DNA of 64,000 nucleotides from Escherichia phage dw-ec. The notes under the pieces are model-generated. The model was not told the origin of the DNA. It made no database searches and saw nothing but the letters and a program-made list of their open reading frames with translations. Shown here piece after piece: positions 17,469 through 26,154 of this stretch. Position 1 is the stretch's first letter. Every line of letters starts with the position of its first letter. The position numbers and the translations under genes were made by a program. Where the stretch lies: sequence record OL739525.1; one strand, 5' to 3'.

Positions 17469-18077
17469 ATGGAAGAGAAGATTTGGGATGGTAAAGATCC
17501 TTTAGAAGTTGGACACGTAGCGCGTGTCAAAAAATCTACCACAGGTCCTGGTTTTTCTGGTTTGTATCATATACCAGAAGAAGGTCAGCACGTTACAATT
17601 TTGGCTCGTGACAAACAAAACGGAGCAACGCCTGTGTGGATTGTTCGTTGGTATGACAAAGATCTTAACATTTGCTTGTCACCTATTATGGCTCATTTGC
17701 TGGAAGCCCCTTGCTCTGAAGAAGCTCTAATTTTTGTTTCGGCTTTTCAGAAAGCCACAGGTTTAACATTAGATGCAAAAGATGTGCAAAAAGCATTTGA
17801 CATTATTCAGGAAGACAACGATACTACATCTAACGACGAACTGGTTGAAGTTACAATCTTATCTTCAGCAGATATCCGAGAGATTGATAATTGTGATTTT
17901 CCAATCACATTTAAAATGTCGCAGAAAGACATGCAGTCATCTGGAAGTTGTTTTGGTATACCTCGTTGGTTTTTTGATTCTATCAAAAATTCTACTACAG
18001 AGGGATCAGACTATGATCAAGATGACGTGCTTTGGTTCTTAAAAAACCGAGAGATTGTTCTCTCACCACTTAAATAA
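17469..18077 (+). CDS. hypothetical protein
   Basis: RBS taggaggttatATG. Confidence 0.5.
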   Translation: MEEKIWDGKDPLEVGHVARVKKSTTGPGFSGLYHIPEEGQHVTILARDKQNGATPVWIVRWYDKDLNICLSPIMAHLLEAPCSEEALIFVSAFQKATGLTLDAKDVQKAFDIIQEDNDTTSNDELVEVTILSSADIREIDNCDFPITFKMSQKDMQSSGSCFGIPRWFFDSIKNSTTEGSDYDQDDVLWFLKNREIVLSPLK

Positions 18078-18240
18078 GGAGAAATAATGGTTTCATTTAT
18101 CGTAGGTGTAGTTGTAGGCTATCTTATTAACAAATATCAAGACGTTATCACGGCAAAAGTAAAAGACATTTTAGACTCATCTAAATAATCTATCAAAGCT
18201 GCATCTTCAATAGGTGCAGCCTTTTAAAAGGAGATATGGC

Positions 18241-18414
18241 ATGACTAAACGCACTGATTTTAAATGTATGCATTGTGGGAAATCTTTTGGGGATCATCAA
18301 GCTCGCACATTCAACTGTCCACGTAAAGGTCGCGGAAATTTTAAAGGTTTTAATCCGGCACATGTTTATTCTCCAGATTACGATAAGCCAGAAGAAGAAA
18401 AATTTGTTATTTAA
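18241..18414 (+). CDS. hypothetical small zinc-finger-like protein
   Basis: RBS aaaggagatATGGCATG; CMHCG...CPRKG cysteines. Confidence 0.4.
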   Translation: MTKRTDFKCMHCGKSFGDHQARTFNCPRKGRGNFKGFNPAHVYSPDYDKPEEEKFVI

Positions 18415-18426
18415 TAAGGAGGTCAT

Positions 18427-18708
18427 ATGGAACTCGTTCAAGAACTGTATAATGCTTTAGGAGCAAAAGGAAAAGATTGGCCCGAACATGCGCTTATTGC
18501 TATAAGAGACTCCGATGGTGAGATTAAGTTTTCAAGCGTAAGTAAAGAGCACATCGTAGAAACAAAACTGGGTATTTACATGCGTGGAACTTATTGTTTA
18601 TTCAACACCAGAATGGTAGAAGCTCCTGTTATTGAAGATGGAACAAAAGATTGCCCCACAATCGTAACAAAAGCTGAATATGAGAAGTTTTTCTACGCTA
18701 AGGCTTGA
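18427..18708 (+). CDS. hypothetical protein
   Basis: RBS taaggaggtcatATG. Confidence 0.5.
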   Translation: MELVQELYNALGAKGKDWPEHALIAIRDSDGEIKFSSVSKEHIVETKLGIYMRGTYCLFNTRMVEAPVIEDGTKDCPTIVTKAEYEKFFYAKA

Positions 18709-18752
18709 CACAGAAACAATACTATAGGATAGTGATCCTATCGTAGCAATAG

Positions 18753-18775
18753 AACCCGCTTCGGCGGGTTTTTTC
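18753..18775 (+). terminator. intrinsic (rho-independent) terminator
   Basis: hairpin aacccgc-ttcg-gcgggtt followed by TTTTT. Confidence 0.75.
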
Positions 18776-18799
18776 ATATCTGTAGCAATAGGAGGTCGT

Positions 18800-19030
18800 G
18801 TGTTAAATAAAATCGAAGAAGGTTGTATGGCATTTTTGGTAGATAACCCGTTTCCCTTTATGGTTAAGGTCCATGTAGGAGAGTATTTAGGTTATGACGA
18901 ATGGGATTGTAGTATCAATAGTGAAATGCACCACTACCAACCAACAATACTTAAGACGGATCAAATGGCGCGTATTACAGTAGAGGATGAATTGATCATT
19001 GAGTTATACGAGAGAGCACTACACAAGTAA
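18800..19030 (+). CDS. hypothetical protein
   Basis: RBS aataggaggtcgtg; last plus-strand gene before strand switch. Confidence 0.45.
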   Translation: MLNKIEEGCMAFLVDNPFPFMVKVHVGEYLGYDEWDCSINSEMHHYQPTILKTDQMARITVEDELIIELYERALHK

Positions 19031-19069
19031 GCTAGAACCCACCTAAATCGAACAGAGACGCTCTAAAAT

Positions 19070-19105
19070 AGAAAAGGCACCCACTTGGGTGCCTTTGTTT
19101 TATTC
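19070..19105. terminator. bidirectional intrinsic terminator at convergence of plus and minus blocks
   Basis: hairpin ggcaccca-ct-tgggtgcc flanked by A-run upstream and T-run downstream. Confidence 0.7.
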
Positions 19106-19114
19106 TTCGTTAGA

Positions 19115-19372
19115 TTACGTTTCAGACGCGTTAAATTCGGTTTCAGTACAACTTGCTAGGTAACTTATGTTTTGCATCACTACAACTACAGGTGTTTGAA
19201 GTTTATCTTCTAGCCCCGCAGCCACTTGAGCCAAGGCATTATCAATATTTGATTTCCTAACGCCTGTTCCATGTCCTGTTGCCAAGTAAAGATTACCTTC
19301 GCCTTTTTGTGTGGCATTGGCAAAGTAGTAAACGTAATGTGCAAGGTAGTAATCACGGATTTCTTCAGTCAT
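19115..19372 (-). CDS. hypothetical protein
   Basis: ORF with RBS; last gene of the minus block. Confidence 0.45.
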   Translation of the reverse strand: MTEEIRDYYLAHYVYYFANATQKGEGNLYLATGHGTGVRKSNIDNALAQVAAGLEDKLQTPVVVVMQNISYLASCTETEFNASET

Positions 19373-19383
19373 TTTATTCTCCT

Positions 19384-19406
19384 AATAAGAAAGGGGCCGA
19401 AGCCCC
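19384..19406 (-). terminator. intrinsic terminator (minus strand)
   Basis: hairpin ggggcttcggcccc followed on the minus strand by TTTCTTATT. Confidence 0.55.
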
Positions 19407-19415
19407 TTGAGTGGT

Positions 19416-20231
19416 TTATTTGTTTAAGTGGTCTTCGACCATTTTAATGAAACCTTCATTGCTGAAGGCTGTTGCAGCTTTTTCTCGGTAAACAAAAACT
19501 CCACGATCTTCATAGAGAAGTGTTTCTTCGTAATTAACTCCAGGGTTAACTACAACCATTTTTGTACCCATACTAAGTGCAGGAAATAATTCCCAATTAA
19601 AATTGATAACTTGGTTTGAACATCCTACTACTACAACCAAATCTTGCATGGTCAAAGTATCGAACAAGTGAGCCATATCTGCATACAAAGGTGCAGCCTC
19701 ACCAAAAAATACAACATTAGGCTTCACCCAGTTATAATCATCTATGTTTATACTATTGTAACCGATATCTACCAGTGTTTTGTAATCTCCAGGATGCATA
19801 CGGTAAACCACTTCAGGAAGATATCCGTGCACGTGAATAACAGAATCTCTGTCTACACCTGCTCGCTCTAGTAGATCATCAACGTTTGTTGTCAAGTTTA
19901 CTACTTGGTTAGGATATTCTTTAAACCATTTTGCTATTTGAATATGTGCAGCATTAGGCTGTACATCTTTAAGTTCAACACGTCTTTTGTTATAAAATTC
20001 GTGTGTTTTGGCATACAAATCCATGCCGTTCTCGTCTACACCACCGACCACTGGAAGATCTGGAGATGTTCTAACACGATAACCTGCTTGGAAAGCTCCA
20101 ATATCGCAGACCTCTTCTAAATCATATTCTTCCCATAAGGCACGACCACTGTCGGTGTCTGTTCGGAATGTTCTAATACCACTATCTGCACTTAAACCTG
20201 CACCGCTTACAAAAATCACTCGTCTTGGCAT
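19416..20231 (-). CDS. Sir2 (sirtuin) family NAD-binding protein
   Basis: motifs VIFVSGAGLSADSGIRTFR, LTTNVDDLLERAG, HVHG, VVFFGE, VVVGCS match the sirtuin Rossmann core. Confidence 0.6.
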   Translation of the reverse strand: MPRRVIFVSGAGLSADSGIRTFRTDTDSGRALWEEYDLEEVCDIGAFQAGYRVRTSPDLPVVGGVDENGMDLYAKTHEFYNKRRVELKDVQPNAAHIQIAKWFKEYPNQVVNLTTNVDDLLERAGVDRDSVIHVHGYLPEVVYRMHPGDYKTLVDIGYNSINIDDYNWVKPNVVFFGEAAPLYADMAHLFDTLTMQDLVVVVGCSNQVINFNWELFPALSMGTKMVVVNPGVNYEETLLYEDRGVFVYREKAATAFSNEGFIKMVEDHLNK

Positions 20232-20701
20232 TCTTCCTCCTCAAATGGATCATAAGAATCGTACTCGTAAGTATCATCTTCTGAAAATTCTACTTCGAAA
20301 TAAATATCAAACTCTGCAAACAGACGTAGGATGTTAGACATGCTGTAATAATTATCGTAGGCAGATTCAGCTTCATAGTAAACATAAAGCAAATGGTTAG
20401 CCTTATCATCTTCCAAATATTTCCCGTCTGCATACGCATAGTCTGCATATGCTTTACCTGCATCTTCCACAAGAGAACGATCAAGCAGAGTAGGAAATGG
20501 TTTCTCTTTTTCTTTTAGTTTGCTCACCAACCAATGTGCAATATCATTCCATTCTGCATCCATACCACTAAAGCAACTTGCTTCTTCTCCAAAAGAAGCT
20601 TCTCCTAAATCGCCACTAATACGAACAACATTAGATGAATTATAGCCACACGTTTCACAATCAGAGTAACTATTATGCACATTGACATTTACTTGAAACA
20701 T
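20216..20701 (-). CDS. hypothetical highly acidic protein
   Basis: ORF; C-terminal half very rich in Asp/Glu/Tyr. Confidence 0.45.
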   Translation of the reverse strand: MFQVNVNVHNSYSDCETCGYNSSNVVRISGDLGEASFGEEASCFSGMDAEWNDIAHWLVSKLKEKEKPFPTLLDRSLVEDAGKAYADYAYADGKYLEDDKANHLLYVYYEAESAYDNYYSMSNILRLFAEFDIYFEVEFSEDDTYEYDSYDPFEEEECQDE

Positions 20702-20759
20702 ATTCCCTCCTATAAAAGAAAAGCCCCCTGAAACAGGAGGCTTTGTTCAGATATCGGCA

Positions 20760-21413
20760 CTATACCAGACTTTCAAGGTATTTGTCAAGGGCTTCTTGAT
20801 CACCTTGACAAACATAGCAACGGAAGTCTTGAGCCGAAGGTTGTTTATTTTCATCCCAGTCCCAATAAACATTACCCTTATAACGTGAACCAGGAAACTC
20901 AAAAGAGGCTGTATGTGTAATGTACCCTGGGCCACCAGTGAAATCACAGAATGAGAATTGGGGGTATGCCGCCTTTACTGCCTCAATAAACCAAGCTTTA
21001 CGATCTAAAGCTTCATTGATGCTATACGCATGTCTCTCCATTTCTTCCCACGTTTTCCAGACACTTCTCTCATCAGGAGAAAAGACAAGCCATTCTGGAA
21101 GGTATAGAGTGTCATAGTAATCATCATATTCGATCTCGGAGGCGCACGAAGCTGACTCCTCCAGTTTTGAGTAATCAAAAGCAGAATATACCCACCAACC
21201 ATCTTCCAGTAAGGCTTTGATAGGGACGAAGCCTTTATCAGCATATTGATCGAATTGTTTGACACGGTGGCTTGTGCAGTCTTCAAACTCACATTCTAAA
21301 CGATATGCACCTTTTCGACGAGCCTCAAGACCGTGTGTACTGAAAATAACAACACTTCCTTCACCATCATTACGATCTACTTGATAAGCAACCACTGGTT
21401 TTGAATTTGACAT
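20760..21413 (-). CDS. hypothetical protein
   Basis: ORF with RBS; 217 aa. Confidence 0.5.
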   Translation of the reverse strand: MSNSKPVVAYQVDRNDGEGSVVIFSTHGLEARRKGAYRLECEFEDCTSHRVKQFDQYADKGFVPIKALLEDGWWVYSAFDYSKLEESASCASEIEYDDYYDTLYLPEWLVFSPDERSVWKTWEEMERHAYSINEALDRKAWFIEAVKAAYPQFSFCDFTGGPGYITHTASFEFPGSRYKGNVYWDWDENKQPSAQDFRCYVCQGDQEALDKYLESLV

Positions 21414-22096
21414 TATTTCTCCTTATCTAGAAGATTGTTAGACAAAAACACTGCACGAGCAAAACCACGTGCGGTTAGTGATCTAAGTTGTTTTGTTTTT
21501 GCACTAGCTCCACCTAAGCTTTTCCAACCCCAGAAGCAGCCTATATGATCTACTGGTTTCTTCACTGGTTGAACAAAACCGTTGCCGTGCCAAATACAAG
21601 TTTTCTTTGTATACCCATCACGGGTAGGCATTTTAGGATGAAAGCTTCCTTCCTCTTCAAACAAATACCCACCATACTCATAAGGATCAAAGTAAAAATC
21701 GGGTTTACGCCATAAGGTTGAAAGTTTACCTACTGGGTTCTCAATCATCCAAGGAACATTATATTTGTTACCCAAAGCTTCCACTACACGAATATTAGCT
21801 AAAGCTTCATCCAATGCCTCTGTGCTGCGTTCGTGTTTGCTACCACTACCTGCTAACATAGTGCAAGGTGGAAATCCAAAAATAATATCGGGTTTAGGTA
21901 TCCCATGATCTTCAGGGTTGAATGTAGAATCTATCCAGGCATTCACATAGGTTATGTTTGGGTGCTCCATCCTAACCTCGTATTTACCGTGATCCCCTTC
22001 ATCAGCGTTTACACAAAAACATTTGTGACCTGCTTCGGCATAACGTAACACCATGATCCCAGATCCGTCAAACATAGACAAAACTGTTTTACTCAT
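21413..22096 (-). CDS. DNA (cytosine-5)-methyltransferase-like protein (short, catalytic core only)
   Basis: motif I-like SMFDGSG, motif IV GFPPCTMLAG (PC), motif VI IENPVG (ENV); start set at internal ATG with RBS ggagggg. Confidence 0.5.
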   Translation of the reverse strand: MSKTVLSMFDGSGIMVLRYAEAGHKCFCVNADEGDHGKYEVRMEHPNITYVNAWIDSTFNPEDHGIPKPDIIFGFPPCTMLAGSGSKHERSTEALDEALANIRVVEALGNKYNVPWMIENPVGKLSTLWRKPDFYFDPYEYGGYLFEEEGSFHPKMPTRDGYTKKTCIWHGNGFVQPVKKPVDHIGCFWGWKSLGGASAKTKQLRSLTARGFARAVFLSNNLLDKEK

Positions 22097-22502
22097 TACC
22101 CCTCCATTCAAGACAAGCCATAACTTTACGCCAATCACTTTCTGTAAGAAAAATCTCGTTTGCTTTCTTCCACAAATCTAAATCGTGAAGGGTTGGAATA
22201 CGATATGTTAGTTCACAGAATCTATGCTCTTCTTCTGTAATATAACCAAAATGCAGAGCCACATCGTGAAACCAACACCAACCATGCATCTCTCGAACAA
22301 CATGGTCATGTTGAGACATTATTTTATGCCGTAAACCTAACCAACAAGGAACAGATACTTTAGTAGTCTTTAATCTGTGATCAACAGTATTAGAGTATTC
22401 AATAATAGCTGTCAGTTTCAATCGTGCTTTTTCTAAATCCTCATGGGTCACTTTGAAATAACTTTCTGAAAGATATCCACACATATTAATAACCTCCTTC
22501 AA
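22089..22502 (-). CDS. hypothetical protein
   Basis: ORF in operon, 137 aa. Confidence 0.45.
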   Translation of the reverse strand: MKEVINMCGYLSESYFKVTHEDLEKARLKLTAIIEYSNTVDHRLKTTKVSVPCWLGLRHKIMSQHDHVVREMHGWCWFHDVALHFGYITEEEHRFCELTYRIPTLHDLDLWKKANEIFLTESDWRKVMACLEWRGNE

Positions 22503-23427
22503 AAGGCTTAACTACATGTTGATTAGCTTTAAAACGTTCAACATAGTCGTTTTCGCCCATGTTTTCATATAGCTTAGTAATAACATAAAAGTTTTCCCAA
22601 GCATATTCCCTAAACCAACCACTAGTGATGGATGTGCAGACTTTAGATAAAGCCATTATAAAACTTTGCTTAGGGGTTGGACCTCCGATCTCTTCACCGA
22701 AAGGAATTTGTGAACGTTCCAAAGCCAAAACACACGCTTCTTCATAAACACCTAACAGGCGCACATGTTTTGGTTGAGCAAAAAACTTTTCTTTGCTGGT
22801 CATAACTTCACTTCCATCTTTCATATAAGATTTATATGCTGGAGCATCCATTACCGCGATTGCTTCATGGATAGAATCATGATCATAAACATACGGAACC
22901 TCATCACCTTTAAAGAAGTCTTTACTTTTTACGTTTAAGTTCGGATGAGAGTAAGTGTATGTTTCTTTCTCACGCAACTCATAAATACTCTTAAGATTTT
23001 CTGGGATCTTTGCACCCAGTGACCGCATGAAATGAATATCTTTCATAGTTTTAAAGAAGTGAGGACTATCCTTTTTAAAACGATGACTCATTTTAAGAAG
23101 GTAGAGCACATCTAAAGGAGCAACAACATGTCCAGCGTAAGTTCGACGAACATCATCAGAATCTTCACAATAACTAATCAAAGCTTCTGTGCTATCTCCT
23201 TGAGAAGCAATATCGTATTCCAAATGTGCACCAGCTATCATTTTGACATGGCCTTTGTTTCCTTTACGTTCTACAAGTTCAACAAACTCATCTTGAGAGA
23301 ACATTTTTGATAATTCTTCCCACTCTTGTTCTGTACACAGGTAATCTAAATCTACACAAGGGCGATACAAGTCTTTTCCCATGTCCATAGTATGAATTTG
23401 TAATGCACGGCTACCAATTAACACCAT
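22486..23427 (-). CDS. hypothetical protein (possible Pol-beta-type nucleotidyltransferase motif)
   Basis: N-terminal LIGSRAL...DLDYL resembles the GS...DxD nucleotidyltransferase signature, but spacing is atypical. Confidence 0.4.
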   Translation of the reverse strand: MVLIGSRALQIHTMDMGKDLYRPCVDLDYLCTEQEWEELSKMFSQDEFVELVERKGNKGHVKMIAGAHLEYDIASQGDSTEALISYCEDSDDVRRTYAGHVVAPLDVLYLLKMSHRFKKDSPHFFKTMKDIHFMRSLGAKIPENLKSIYELREKETYTYSHPNLNVKSKDFFKGDEVPYVYDHDSIHEAIAVMDAPAYKSYMKDGSEVMTSKEKFFAQPKHVRLLGVYEEACVLALERSQIPFGEEIGGPTPKQSFIMALSKVCTSITSGWFREYAWENFYVITKLYENMGENDYVERFKANQHVVKPFEGGY

Positions 23428-23483
23428 AATATTTCTCCTCTATTGGTTGATAGGTTAAGTTTATCAAGCTTCCAGATTCCTGT

Positions 23484-23508
23484 CAATAAAAAACCCGCCG
23501 AAGCGGGT
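23484..23508 (-). terminator. intrinsic terminator (minus strand)
   Basis: hairpin acccgcttcggcgggt followed on the minus strand by TTTTTATT. Confidence 0.6.
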
Positions 23509-23517
23509 TATTATTTA

Positions 23518-23790
23518 CTAACACATTGAGGAAGAAGAGATCCAAACACCTCTTGTGGTTAAACCATTTTCATCCAACTCTACACCATAATCTTCACAAA
23601 TGAAATCAATATAGTGATCTGCGGCTGGCGTTCCTGTAGGGTAATAAGTTTCTCCGTTACCGTAGTCACCTATCCAAGCTTGTTCCTGAAACTGTTCACA
23701 AAGTTCTTCAATTTCCTTACGAAACTTTCTTTGTGCTTGTTCCATCTCTTTAACTTTCTTTTTTATCAGCAGTTCGCCTTCAGACTCCAC
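23518..23790 (-). CDS. hypothetical acidic protein
   Basis: ORF, 90 aa. Confidence 0.4.
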   Translation of the reverse strand: MESEGELLIKKKVKEMEQAQRKFRKEIEELCEQFQEQAWIGDYGNGETYYPTGTPAADHYIDFICEDYGVELDENGLTTRGVWISSSSMC

Positions 23791-23799
23791 AATCCCTCC

Positions 23800-24060
23800 T
23801 TAACAGCTACTACTGTGCCAAACGCCTTGAGAATTAACGACGAAACCATCATCACCTTCACCATAACAAGAAGAGGATTGCCAATCTTCAAAACAGATTG
23901 CGTCATTTTCTAAACTAAGACCAAAACCAGCATCTTCAGCTTCTTTTGTAAGTTCGTCCACTAAAGCCATAATAGCTTGGGCTTTTTCAGTTAATTCTTC
24001 AACATTACGATCACTCATTAGTATTTCTCCTCTGGTTGGAAAACTGAACGACAAGCCCAC
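23800..24060 (-). CDS. hypothetical acidic protein
   Basis: ORF, 86 aa. Confidence 0.4.
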   Translation of the reverse strand: MGLSFSFPTRGEILMSDRNVEELTEKAQAIMALVDELTKEAEDAGFGLSLENDAICFEDWQSSSCYGEGDDGFVVNSQGVWHSSSC

Positions 24061-24332
24061 ATACTAGCTTCTTTTAAATGTTTAATAGCACAACGGATTT
24101 GATCAATACGTTCGTATGCAAGATCTAATTCTTTTTCTGTGCCGTCAAAAGACCCATGATATGCTTCACAATACTCTTCCTCTAAAGCTTTGAAGATTAA
24201 ACCTAAACGCTCTTCTGCATCTTTAATAGCGTTAACCTTGCCAATCTTATCGTCAGTATGCGCCTTATAACCTTTGATATCTTCGATTCCCACTTTACCT
24301 CCTATTAACAACTTAAAGAAGATGGATGCCAA
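24018..24332 (-). CDS. hypothetical protein
   Basis: ORF; overlaps both neighbours so the start is uncertain. Confidence 0.3.
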   Translation of the reverse strand: MASIFFKLLIGGKVGIEDIKGYKAHTDDKIGKVNAIKDAEERLGLIFKALEEEYCEAYHGSFDGTEKELDLAYERIDQIRCAIKHLKEASMWACRSVFQPEEKY

Positions 24333-24502
24333 TTTGTTCCAGTGTTCTCATTTTCATCCTCTGGATCATAATAACCACCCATCCCATATTCAGGGGAGAA
24401 ACGGAAACCTTTACCAGTCTCATCTGCTAACTGCTCTGCTTCCGCTAAAGCCTCATAAGCTGCTTTTACAGCTTCTTCTACTGTTTTAAACTTGGTCGTC
24501 AT
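24305..24502 (-). CDS. hypothetical acidic protein
   Basis: ORF, 65 aa. Confidence 0.35.
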   Translation of the reverse strand: MTTKFKTVEEAVKAAYEALAEAEQLADETGKGFRFSPEYGMGGYYDPEDENENTGTNWHPSSLSC

Positions 24503-24776
24503 AAAATTTCTCCTCTCCTAAAGACATGTTGACATGAAATGCACGATATGTAAATTCATTGTCCGTTGTGTTTGAATAAAACTCAAATTGAACAACACCG
24601 TCTTGAGAAGACAGATACATGCCAATTTGAACTGTTCCTTCTGGTACCAGGTAAGCATACTCTGGACGTAGTGTTACATTGTAAAAATAAAGTTCCCCAA
24701 CACCCATTTCATCCCAAGCTTCCCAAGCGGTAACGAAGTTACTTTCAAAACTTGTTACTGATCCGAACTCTGCCAT
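24486..24776 (-). CDS. hypothetical protein
   Basis: ORF, 96 aa. Confidence 0.4.
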   Translation of the reverse strand: MAEFGSVTSFESNFVTAWEAWDEMGVGELYFYNVTLRPEYAYLVPEGTVQIGMYLSSQDGVVQFEFYSNTTDNEFTYRAFHVNMSLGEEKFYDDQV

Positions 24777-25267
24777 AAAACCTCCTCAATCTTGTAGTTT
24801 GACTCCATCTCCAACACATTTCCACGAACGTCTCTCCGAAGAAAGGCATAAGCTTTATTAGGTATTGTAGACTCATATTTAACCATATCTGGCACAGCAA
24901 AAGATACTACTACTCCTGCTGGGCTTCTGTCAAGAGCCTTATTAATATTTCTAAGAATATCGTTAGCCAAGATTTCTGCCAATTCTCCAAGAACAGTTTC
25001 GGTTATATCTTTATATCCCATTAAGTATTTGTTGATATCTTTCATCTCTGTATTGTTCAGAGTATAGTCCAAAGGATAGAAATTCAAAGCGGAGTCACTT
25101 TTATGTGTCCACATGAAATGCACCCGATCAGAGCAGAATCGTAACCCTCTATGAAGAATATCTTCTACAACAGGGAGAATTTCTTTTGTCACATCATTAA
25201 CCATGTTGTAATCTAAGATTTCTGCCAAGTTTGTTCTTTGTTCACCACGTTTACGTTTAGGAATCAC
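24755..25267 (-). CDS. hypothetical protein
   Basis: ORF, 170 aa. Confidence 0.45.
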   Translation of the reverse strand: MIPKRKRGEQRTNLAEILDYNMVNDVTKEILPVVEDILHRGLRFCSDRVHFMWTHKSDSALNFYPLDYTLNNTEMKDINKYLMGYKDITETVLGELAEILANDILRNINKALDRSPAGVVVSFAVPDMVKYESTIPNKAYAFLRRDVRGNVLEMESNYKIEEVLWQSSDQ

Positions 25268-25838
25268 TTGTTATTGCCCTCATTACCAAAGGTCGTAGAA
25301 AATCGTAAATCTCTTGTTTTGTTTTCCCACGAATGTTTAAACAAGGAACATTATTGGCTTTAGCTATCTTCCAAGCCGTAGCTGTTCCACCTTTTGCATC
25401 TCCATGTTTATCAGTATTAGCACAAGCCAACAAGAAACAGGATGGAGCAGGATTTTCCAAATCTCTACCTAACACTTGATGCACATTACGTTGGTGCAAT
25501 TTTCTAGCACCCTGCTTAAGCTTTTCATAAGCTGGGTGAACATCTTTGATCCATTGCACAGAGATAGCATAGTTCATTGTATCTGGTTTTGCAAGAACAA
25601 TAACATCCCCTGGAATCTGATTACCTTTGAAATTTTCCCAAGGAACATAGATCTCCTTGTTAGTAGGATTTTCAGACTCTTGGACACCTGTTTCAAAAGC
25701 AGAATCACTACCCTCTGCCTTCCCAGACCTTAATTTAAACCCAAGGTTTGAAAGCCATTTCCCTATGCCTACCATCAAAGCCCACTCTTCTTCGGATATG
25801 TCTCTACTTCCAACTCCCGTATAGAACAGTTCTGCCAT
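25257..25838 (-). CDS. DprA/Smf-like (SLOG-type Rossmann) protein
   Basis: FYTGVGSRDIS ... LRSGKAEGSDSAFETG resembles the DprA signature GSR ... SG.A.G.D; start at internal ATG with RBS gaggtgatt. Confidence 0.4.
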   Translation of the reverse strand: MAELFYTGVGSRDISEEEWALMVGIGKWLSNLGFKLRSGKAEGSDSAFETGVQESENPTNKEIYVPWENFKGNQIPGDVIVLAKPDTMNYAISVQWIKDVHPAYEKLKQGARKLHQRNVHQVLGRDLENPAPSCFLLACANTDKHGDAKGGTATAWKIAKANNVPCLNIRGKTKQEIYDFLRPLVMRAITSDS

Positions 25839-25845
25839 AATCACC

Positions 25846-26154
25846 TCAACAAGTAATTTCAAAAGGTGTATACGGTTCCGTATTTCTCATGATCCAAGGA
25901 CTGCTAGGATTGCTCGGATCATAAGGACCAAAAGGTTTTATGGTCGGTTGTGTTTCTTTCTTCTGAATCTCTTCAAAAATACGACGAAGTTCAGAATATT
26001 CTTGATCCACCATAAGATTCGGTGCATCTGATTCTACAGCTTGCAGGTTATCTTCCTTAAGAACAATCTCACGAACAAGATTAACATCTTCTGTTTCTAA
26101 GATAACTTCTTTACGGATATTACCTACACTTTGAATAATTGTAATCTTATACAT
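25846..26154 (-). CDS. hypothetical protein
   Basis: ORF, 102 aa. Confidence 0.45.
   Translation of the reverse strand: MYKITIIQSVGNIRKEVILETEDVNLVREIVLKEDNLQAVESDAPNLMVDQEYSELRRIFEEIQKKETQPTIKPFGPYDPSNPSSPWIMRNTEPYTPFEITC

Noticed and set aside
18705-18733. TTGACA hexamer as a candidate promoter
   Set aside because: No acceptable -10 element at 16-18 bp spacing, and it sits between a stop codon and a terminator.
19644-20120. Plus-strand ORFs inside the Sir2 gene (19644..19871, 19905..20120)
   Set aside because: Antisense to a well-supported minus-strand gene; hydrophobic low-complexity translations.
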